This document shows positions 55,301 through 64,000 of a stretch of 64,000 bases of DNA, piece by piece (position 1 is the first letter of the stretch; each line of letters opens with the position of its first letter). Both the position numbers and the translations under genes were made by a program. Source of the DNA: Macrostomum lignano (lineage: Eukaryota); the NCBI GenBank assembly GCA_002269645.1, contig NIVC01000126.1, positions 868,001 through 932,000 of the forward strand, in the 5' to 3' direction. Under the pieces are notes generated by a model. The model worked only from the letters and a program-made list of their open reading frames with translations, was not told the origin of the DNA and ran no database searches.

Positions 55301-56591
55301 AGAGTTGTGATTGTCACAGTGCCATCAGCGATTGCTTCCTAAAATTGTATGAAATCAGACAGTGCTGTGGGAGGACCTACAGAGACAGTTTTAAACGATA
55401 AAAAAGTGCTTCGAACCTGGTTATTGATTTGGTCAACCACCAGCTTCAACGGATCGGCGAAGGCCAATATAATCAGAACCAAAGCATCCAATAGCAGGAT
55501 AAGCAGAATTACCGCAAACAGATGCCAGTCTCTGATTGCCTGTCAGTATAGAGAATGCCGAGGTGGTTCAAAGCGGCATTGTCCGCAGAAATTACACGGC
55601 AATCGAATCGAACAATATTCATGAAGGCGAATTTAGAAATCCTAGAAAACTATACTTTTGTTTGTGAAACCATATGTGGCCATTATGGCCAAATTCACGC
55701 CAAAAAATGCTACAAAAAATTTGTTTAGAATAATTTGTTTAGACTAATTTGTTTTACTGATAAGTGCAAGTCAATGGGAGAACATAAATAGAACGCAAGA
55801 AGCACGAAAAAGCTTCAACCTGGCTTCTAAGCTTAACCTTCTATCTTGGTTAACCGTAACTTTGTACAAATCTTTAATACGGTCTTTCCGCTCCTGCACT
55901 GGAGCTACCAAGGATAAATCGTACCGATGACAACCCATACCCAGGGGGGGGGGCGTAGCCCAGCGGTAGCGCAGCTGCTCTGGTGTGCCGCGACCCAGGC
56001 TCGATTCCAAGTGCAGCCACATTAATTTGGGGCTGAATTGGAATCTCGGCTTGGCTCGCTTGTGCAATTAACGGCCTTGAGAGCCAACCCCCAAGGCGCA
56101 GTGAAGTGTACATGCCTAACAATTGATAAAGTTAGGGCCGCTGTACACTCCTGTGTGAGTGTGTGCCTGCGTAACGTATCCGCGCGCTTGTATGCCTGCT
56201 CAGGGGAGTCGGCGGAATGGGCAGTAATGCCTCTCGCCGGTTGTGTGCCAATGACGCTTAAATTGCGCCAGGGTGCACACAACCCCCCTGCCTCTAATAA
56301 AATAACCCATACCCAGCTAGTAAGTAATTAAGGAAGTTGGGCGTGGAAATAAAGTTAGGGCGGGAGCACGAGAATTTCCCGCAGGAATTTTTCCCGCACG
56401 AGATTTTCCTGCACGAGATTTTCCCGCACGAGATTTTCCCGCACGAGATTCTCCCGCAGCGAGTTTTTACCGCAGCGAGAGTTTCCCGCAGGAAAGTTCC
56501 CCGTCGAGATTTTCCTGCCGAGCTTTTACCGCCGAGATTTTCCCGCAAGAAATTTCTCGTGATTGCCTGTTTACCTTCCTACCTTCCTACC

Positions 56592-56644
<53 letters not shown>

Positions 56645-59600
56645 GCCTGCCTGGCTGGCTGCCTGTGTCGAATTTATCAAAGAAAATCGCGTCTCTGCTA
56701 ATGGCTTTCCTTTTTAAAATTTCTTTCTTAAGGTAAACAGGCAATCACGAGAAATTTCTTGCGGGAAAATCTCGGCGGTAAAAGCTCGGCAGGAAAATCT
56801 CGACGGGGAACTTTCCTGCGGGAAACTCTCGCTGCGGTAAAAACTCGCTGCGGGAGAATCTCGTGCGGGGAAAATCTCATAGACCCGTTAGGGAAAAGTA
56901 CAACTTTTAGGGATTTTCAGGAAATTAAAGGATTAGAGGGAGAACTTTAGTGCGGCTTAGTACCAGTTGTGGGGATTAGATCAATGTAGAAGAAAGGCAC
57001 AAAATGCAGTTACATCGAGGCTCTAATGCACAAATTAGTCAATAAAAAACTTAACAAGCAAATTAAAATAATTTCTACCAGTAAGTGTATGACAAAAAAT
57101 CCAAGGACCACTATAGCGTAAAAGGATCGCTTAGAACTCAAAGATCGTGTACTTTTTTGAAGGCCAATTTCCTAGAAAAAAATACACTGCGGAGAAAGTA
57201 AAAATCAATAATTGAATTTGATCTGGGGCAGTGAAGATTACCATTGCTTTAACTTTGCATGCACAACCTGTTTACCCTGTTGTATCTTATCTGATTTATG
57301 GTTGTGTAGTGAGAGTTTCATTTTCATTTATTTTCATTTTATAAGTCCAAGCCAAAGTTGTAAATACTTACAAGTTATTTTGTTGTTTTTTTCCTTTTTA
57401 ATTCAAGTATCGTGGTAACATGCTATGCATGCTGAATCAAAATAATTGTATTCTTTACTGTCGCAGACCAAATGCAATAATTGATTTTGTGATGAAAACG
57501 TTAGATAAAGGATCTTACATGTGGTATCAAGGATCTAACATGTGGTATCTAGGATCAAACACGTGGTATCTAGGATCTAACATGTGGTATCTAGGATCTA
57601 ACATGTGGTATCTAGGATCTAACATGTGGTATCTAGGATCTAACATGTGGTATCTAGGATCTAACATGTGGTATCTAGTGGAATTATCTTAGCTAACGTG
57701 TAGATTTGTTTTCCATACTAACCCTTCCGCCAGCCCTCACCCTCGAGTCCCAATAGCGTACCAGTTTCCTCAGCTGCTTGTTAGTGAAAATCTTGTACAC
57801 ACGCCAGGTTTTAGCTAGCATGCCGCCAAAGGCGCACGAGTGAGTAACCAGCGATTAAGCAGACCAGCTGAGTCCAGCACAGACTTAACCGAGTGGGGCC
57901 CAATGGGCCAGCGTTCAAGGTCATTGCTAGACAGGCTGCATAGCAGAGGCCGCAGCCCAGCCCGATAACCGAGTTTACGTAGGGGCTGCTCAAACGGATT
58001 ATCGATTCTTGTCGGTAGCACAGATTGAACACCACGGCTGCCAGGGTGAGGCCGATGCCGCAGGCTGAGAGGCAGATGGTGACGCTAGCGCCAGCGGTGC
58101 CGATACTGGCCGACTGTCTGACCACCCGGGGCGAGTCGACGGGAACGGCACCGCCTGCAGGGGAAAGAGCGTACAGGTATAGAGAGTTCGCGGTTAAGTG
58201 CATGAAATGGCTGGATAGAGCTGAAATGTGCTTGTATGTGTGATTGGAGTGGGGTTGGTGTCTGGAGTGGGGTTGGTGTCTGGAGTGGGGTTGGTGTCTG
58301 GAGTGGGGTTGGTGTCTGGAGTGGGGTTGGTGTCTGGAGTGGGGTTGGTGTCTGGAGTGGGGTTGGTGTCTGGAGTGGGGTTGGTGTCTGGAGTGGGGTT
58401 AGTGTCTGGAGTGGGGTTGGTGTCTGGAGTGAGGTTGGTGTCTGGAGTGGGGTTGGTGTCTGGAGTTGGGTTGGTGCCTGGAGTGGGGTTGGTGTCTGGA
58501 GTGGGGTTGGTGCTGGGAGTTGGGTTGGTGCCTGGAGTGGGGTTGGTGCTGGGAGTTGGGTTGGTGCCTGGAGTGGGGTTGGTGCTGGGAGTTGGGTTGG
58601 TGCCTGGAGTGGGGTTGGTGCTGGGAGTGGGGTTGGTGCTGGGAGTGGGGTTGGTATCTGGAGTGGGGTTGGTGTCTGGAGTGGGTTGGTGTCTGGAGTG
58701 GGGTTGGTGTCTGGAGTGGGGTTGGTGCTGGGAGTGGGGTTGGTGCGTGGAGTGGGGTTGGTGTCTGGAGTGGGGTTGGTGCGTGGAGTGGGGTTGGTGT
58801 CTGGAGTGGGGTTGGTGCCTGGAGTGGGTTGGTGCGTGGAGTGGGTGTGCAGAGGGATTGTACTCGTATTGTGTTGTGATGGTACATAAAAAAAGTTGAA
58901 GTTCTTTACGCTGACATAATTAAAGGGAGATTGCTAAATTAAGCAAAAACTGTTGTTTCCTAATTAGGTAGCTATTTTTCGCCAAAAAGTGAAATTTAAA
59001 AGTTTCACCCTTACCCGCAAACCACGGTTTTTTCAGCCAGTTAATCTCTCCAGATTCCGAATCGAGCGTGCCTAGGAGAACTCTTTTTAAATCTGTAATT
59101 TCAACATGTATTATGTCGTTGAGTCACTAATTAAAAACGCCGGGTTTTTTTCGAATTTAAACAAGTCCAAAGTACTTTGTTCCGAAAACTTTGTTTAAAT
59201 AATTGCACAAAAATTTCGATTTTCAAATAGATACTTACCACGAATTTGGTAGATATAAATTCGGGATGACCTGTCGCCTCTGGAGTCAAACTTGACCTGA
59301 CCCTTAGTGGTTGCAATTGAAAATTAGCTTGTCTTATTGCTTGCAATATTTTACGATTAAGTGTGCTACAAGCATACCTATAAGTTACTAACCGAAAGTC
59401 CCGGATAGTCCAAGGCAAGAATGTTTTTAAATAGACGCCATTTAAACGACGTGTTGCCCAACTGCTGATTGGACAGCTGATCGGTGTAGTTCCCTTCGGA
59501 TTCCAATAGCGTGGCATTGATGGCCAAAGCCGCCGTCATCACAGCGTCGAAGCGCAGAGCAAAGCCTACGATGCTTGTCGGCCGGGGGTTCACCGCGACG

Positions 59601-62600
59601 TCCTTGTACTGGGCTAGGAAATCCGAGAAGCTCTCGTCTAGGGTCTGGTTCGATGGGGGGGATCAGTGAGGTCAGGTAGTTCTAGTTAAGGTCAATGAGG
59701 TTAGATTATTACATGTGATTTAGGGGTTCTACGGGTTCTAGAGCGTTCGTAATTGTCTATGGGATCTTAAGGATCTTAGGGGATCTTGAGGGTCTTAGGT
59801 GCATGATTTTGAGGGTCTTGGGGGATCTTGAGGGTCTTCGGTGATCTTGAAGGTCTTAGATGATTTTGAGGGTCTTGGGTGATTTTGAGGGTCTTGGGGG
59901 ATCTTGAGGGTCTTAGAGGATCTTGAGGGTCTTAGGTGATCTTGAGGGTCTTAGGTGATCTTGAGGGTCTTAAGGGATCTTGTGGGTATTAGGTGATCTT
60001 GAGGGTCTTAGGGGACCTTGAGGGTCTTAGGTGATCTTGAGGGTCTTGAAGATCTTGTGGGTCTTAAAGGATCTTGAGGGTCTTAGGGGATCTTGAGGGT
60101 CTTAGGTGATCTTGAGGGTCTTAGGTGATCTTGAGGGTCTTGGGGGATCTTGTGGGTCTTAGGTGATCTTGAGGGTCTTGGGGGATCTTGTGGGTCTTAG
60201 GTGATCTTGAGGGTCTTAGGGGATCTTGAGGGTCTTAGGGGATCTTGAGGGTCTTATGTGATCTTGTGGGTCTTGGGGGATCTTTAGGGTCTTAGGGGAT
60301 CTTAAAGGTCTTTGGGTTCGTACGGTGTTTTCAAACAAAGTTGATGTAAAATTGTCGAAGACGCCACAGCGTCTCGAACGTCCAGACCGCTGACATTGCG
60401 GAAGTTTCGTCCTTGTCTGGCATCTCTTCGGCACAAACTCGCAAAGTCCGGCACAAAGAGCAGGACGTCCTCCAAGATACCAGGCTAATTTAATACCCAA
60501 TTTGCTTGTACTTTTAACAGTTCTAATTATTGAAACTACTAACCCTCCCAGTGATGTCCGGTTGATGAACTACAGCAGGGTCGTTGACATCGCTGTCAAA
60601 TTCCAGCGATCCCTCCATCGCAATCGCGCGTTCACCGTCTGAGCAGGCTTCAACAGGTCTCAGTCGCGTTGTGAATGGGAATCCAACTTGGATCCACTGG
60701 TACTTGGGACCGTAGGCGCCCAGCTGCTTGATCTGAAATGAAGCGCTCAAAAATGGAAACTGGCAAGATAACATTAAATGAATAGAAGAGGAGAGGAGAG
60801 GAGACGAGACGAGAGGAGAGGAGAGGAGAGGAGAGGAGAGGAGAGGAGAGGAGAGGAGAGGAGACGAGACGAGAGGAGAGGAGACGAGACGAGAGGAGAG
60901 GAGAGGAGAGGAGAGGAGAGGAGAGGAGAGGAGAGGAGAGGAGAGGAGAGGAGAGGAGAGGAGAGGAGAGGAGAGGAGAGGAGAGAGAGAGGAGAGGAGA
61001 GGAGAGGAGAGGAGAGGAGAGGAGAGGAGAGGAGAGGAGACGAGACGAGAGGAGAGGAGAGGAGACGAGACGAGAGAGAGAGAGGAGAGGAGAGGAGAGG
61101 AGAGGAGAGGAGAGGAGAGGAGAGGAGAGGAGAGGAGAGGAGAGGAGAGGAGAGGAGAGGAGACGAGACGAGAGGAGAGGAGAGGAGAGGAGAGGAGAGG
61201 AGAGGAGAGGAGAGGAGAGGAGAGGAGAGGAGAGGAGATGAGACGAGAGGAGAGGAGAGGAGAGGAGAGGAGAGGATAAGAGAGGAGACGAGAGGAGAGG
61301 AGAGGAGAGGAGAGGAGACGAGAGGAGAGGATAAGAGAGGAGACGAGAGGAGAGGAGACGAGACGAGACGAGACGAGACGAGAGGAGAGGAGAGGAGAGG
61401 AGAGGAGAGGAGACGAGAGGAGAGGAGAGGAGAGGAGAGGAGAGGAGAGGAGAGGGGAGAGGAGACGAGAGGAGAGGATAAGAGAGGAGACGAGAGGAGA
61501 GGAGAGGAGAGGAGAGGAGAGGAGAGGAGACGAGAGGAGAGGAGACGAGACGAGACGAGACGAGACGAGAGGAGAGGAGAGGAGAGGAGAGGAGAGGAGA
61601 GGAGACGAGAGGAGAGGAGAGGAGAGGAGAGGAGAGGAGACGAGAGGAGAGGATAAGAGAGGAGACGAGAGGAGAGGAGAGGAGAGGAGAGGAGAGGAGA
61701 GGAGAGGAGACGAGAGGAGAGGAGACGAGACGAGACGAGACGAGACGAGAGGAGAGGAGAGGAGAGGAGAGGAGAGGAGACGAGACGAGAGGAGAGGAGA
61801 GGAGAGGAGAGGAGAGGAGACGAGAGGAGAGGATAAGAGAGGAGACGAGAGGAGAGGAGAGGAGAGGAGAGGAGAGGAGAGGAGAGGAGAGGAGAGGAGA
61901 GGAGAGGAGAGGAGAGGAGAGGAGAGGATAGGAGACGAGAGGAGAGGAGAGGAGACGAGACGAGACGAGACGAGACGAGAGGAGAGGAGAGGAGAGGAGA
62001 GGAGAGGAGAGAGATAAACATTGAACGGGCCGGATTGCTATTGTGAAGTCTCAAAGGACCCGAGGTCCGGATAGAGAGGCTTTGCGGGCCGCAGTTCGCC
62101 GACCCCTGCCATAACCCATCTTCACCCGTTACTCACCAGACAGTCGAATCTTTTGTCGGGTGCCTCCTCACCTATGCTTCTAACCACAATGAATATTCGA
62201 ATGTCGTTCACCTTGAATTAAAAATTAAAACATGTGCGATAAATCTCGGTTAACAATATAATTCGACACAGATTATAAGGCATAAGACTTTAGTAAATTA
62301 CCAATAGTCGACTAATCGCATTTGTTGCATCCAAATTGAAAATCGTCTTCTGGTAAGACGTCATGTTCTGGGCTAGGAAAGCAGCTTCTAGCTCCAGTGC
62401 GATCTGAGGTGGTTTTGGAAAGCTTGTTAAGTCACTCTCCCTGGCCCTCTCCCTGCCCCTCTCCCTGCCCCTCTCCCTGCCCCTCTCCCTGCCCCTCTCC
62501 CTGCCCCTCTCCCTGCCCCTCTCCCTGCCCCTCTCCCTGCCCCTCTCCCTGCCCCTCTCCCTGCCCCTCTCCCTGCCCCTCTCCCTGCCCCTCTCCCTGC

Positions 62601-63315
62601 CCCTCTCCCTGCCCTCTCCCTGCCCCTCTCCGTGCCCCTCTCCTTGCCCCTCTCCCTGCCCTCTCCCTGGCCCTCTCCCTGGCCCTCTCTCTGCCCCTCT
62701 CCCTGCCCATCTCCCTGCCCCTCTCCCTGGCCCTCTCCCTGGCCCTCTCTCTGCCCCTCTCCCTGCCCCTCTCCCTGCCCCTCTCCCGGGCCCTCTCCCT
62801 GCCCCTCTCTCTCCCCGCCCTTCAACTCCCTCTCCCTCTTCTTTGTCACCAGTGTCCGTGAATTCAGAATCAATCTGTCCCTGCCCATCTTCCCTTTACC
62901 GACTGCTGGATGGTAAAAGAGGTTACTGTCGATTAATTCGATTTTTCGTCATGCAACATTTTCTATTACTCAACGTTATCAGCCAGCTGCAATCAATTTC
63001 GCTGTTGCGATACGTCTATTCATTATTAAACTGATTAGATACATTCCAAATTCAAAATCTACGACAGATTACCTTTCCACGCCGGTGAAACGTGATCTCA
63101 TCACTTATTTACAGTCAAGAAAAGGAAAATGAGTTTTCACTTACAGGATAAAACGTTGGGGAATCAGTCGTAATTAATCCGATTTTTTTCCAATTAAATT
63201 TCTTCAACAACTGCATAACCGTAGGAATGAAGATGCTGTTTGTGATGGCCAAACGGATGAAGAATGGATAGGTGCTCTTGTCGCTCAGCACTGGGGACGT
63301 GTTAGAATAGCCAAT
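52388..63315 (-). CDS. GABA-B-type class C GPCR (Venus flytrap plus 7TM, no cysteine-rich domain); 12 exons in window, 5' exons lie beyond 64000; frameshifted in TM3
   Basis: Exons (minus): 63315-63145, 62403-62302, 62211-62137, 60732-60544, 59644-59393, 59302-59239, 59092-59015, 58154-57762, 55539-55417, 55338-55242, 54113-53875, 52582-52388. All GT-AG. Phases are consistent only if 4 bp are removed at 57838-57845. Motifs: [62 protein letters not shown]. The last exon's acceptor is inferred. Confidence 0.88.
52745..53030 (-). mobile_element. tRNA-derived SINE, family B, copy 2 (different 3' tail from copy 1)
   Basis: 52866-52995 reverse complement aligns to about 40755-40890. The 3' region diverges completely after GTAATTGAGGCT. 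Confidence 0.75.
53015..53815. repeat. 24-27 bp minisatellite (CAACCCCCAGCTCTAACCAATAGGATG)n derived from the SINE-B 5' end
   Basis: About 30 copies. Edge units read GGGGTTGTAGCCTATTGGTTAGAG on the minus strand. Confidence 0.93.
54198..54722. repeat. (AGATT)n pentanucleotide microsatellite, intronic
   Basis: Read directly. Confidence 0.95.
55945..56303 (+). mobile_element. tRNA-derived SINE, family A, copy 1, with a perfect 13-bp TSD
   Basis: A box TAGCCCAGCGG, B-box-like GGCTCGATTCC, tail TAATAAAAT. AACCCATACCCAG duplicated at 55932-55944 and 56304-56316. Confidence 0.9.
56363..56878. mobile_element. Foldback-like element with about 148-bp inverted arms built of 15-bp modules
   Basis: Arms 56430-56577 and 56730-56878 are reverse complements. 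Module TTTTCCCGCACGAGA; the spacer holds (GTCT)n; no TSD seen. Confidence 0.75.
57508..57678. repeat. 21-bp minisatellite (GGTATCTAGGATCTAACATGT)n
   Basis: About 8 copies. Confidence 0.92.
57838..57845 (-). pseudogene. 4-bp tandem duplication (ACTC ACTC) frameshifting the GABA-B-like gene; premature TAA at 57813-57811
   Basis: The sense strand reads GGTT-ACTC-ACTC-GTGCGCCTTTGGCGGCATG. Removing one ACTC restores [20 protein letters not shown]. Confidence 0.75.
58243..58850. repeat. 18-bp G-rich minisatellite (GGAGTGGGGTTGGTGTCT)n, intronic
   Basis: About 33 copies. Confidence 0.95.
59755..60312. repeat. 19-bp minisatellite (GGATCTTGAGGGTCTTAGG)n, intronic
   Basis: Read directly. Confidence 0.92.
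60783..62012. repeat. 1.2-kb (GAGGA/GACGA)n polypurine pentanucleotide array, intronic
   Basis: Read directly. Confidence 0.95.
62435..62815. repeat. 12-bp (CCCTGCCCCTCT)n repeat, intronic
   Basis: Read directly. Confidence 0.93.
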
Positions 63316-63339
63316 CTGAAATTTTTGCAATTCACACAT

Positions 63340-64000
63340 CCAGTTTGAGGCTCTTCTGTTAGTTCAACCAGTTTGAGGCTCCTGAGTTATCACACCCAGT
63401 TGGAGGCTCCTGAGTTATCACACAGAGTTGGAGGCTATTTTGTTAATTAACCCAGTTTGAGGCTCTTCTGTTATCACACAAGTTTGAGGCTTTTCTGTTA
63501 TCACATTTTTTTGATGCTCTTCTGTTATCATATCCAATTTAAGGCTCATAAGTTATCGCACCCAGTTTGAGGCTCTTCTGTTATCACACCCATTTGAGGC
63601 TCTTTTGTTATCATATCCAATTTAAGGCTCATAAGTTATCACACACAGTTTGAGGCTCTTCTGTTATCACACCCATTTGAGGCTCTTCTGTTATCATATC
63701 CAATTTAAGGCTCATAAGTTATCACACACAGTTTGAGGCTCCTCTGTTATCACACACAGTTTGAGGCTCCTCTGTTATCAAACCCAGTTTGAGGCTCTTC
63801 TGTTATCACACACAGTTTGAGGCTCCTCTGTTATCACACCCATTTTGAGGCTCCTCTGTTATCAAACCCAGTTTGAGGCTCTTCTGTTATCACACCCAGT
63901 TTGAGGCTCTTCTGTTATCATATCCAATTTAAGGCTCATAAGTTATCGCACCCAGTTTGAGGCTCTTCTGTTATCACACCCATTTGAGGCTCTTTTGTTA
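63340..64000. repeat. 28-bp minisatellite (CCAGTTTGAGGCTCTTCTGTTATCACAC)n, runs off the window
   Basis: Read directly. Confidence 0.9.

Noticed and set aside
38527-62054. Long low-complexity ORFs over CT-, GT- and GA-rich arrays (for example 38540-40096, 58228-58899, 60774-62054)
   Set aside because: They are translations of intronic tandem repeats lying within introns of the annotated minus-strand genes.

Overview
This is eukaryotic (metazoan) genomic DNA, not prokaryotic. It has GC-rich, poly-Ala/Gly/Gln-rich exons separated by AT-rich GT-AG introns packed with tandem repeats. The style suggests a flatworm such as Macrostomum, but that is inference only. I could reconstruct three spliced minus-strand genes exon by exon with consistent phases: a cytoplasmic dynein light intermediate chain (4 exons, 514 aa), an ORP3/6/7-type oxysterol-binding protein (9 exons, about 1156 aa; PH, FFAT-like and ORD domains), and the 3' 12 exons of a GABA-B-type class C GPCR carrying a 4-bp duplication frameshift in TM3. 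The terminal exon of an unidentified coiled-coil gene lies on the plus strand at the window start. The rest is repeat DNA: a 10-kb 24-bp satellite, a different minisatellite in most introns, two tRNA-derived SINE families and several TIR/foldback elements with target-site duplications. I found no clear new multi-gene system. The most interesting signals are four dispersed arrays sharing a 17-bp core, a minisatellite amplified from a SINE's tRNA head, and the divergent, frameshifted GABA-B-like receptor.
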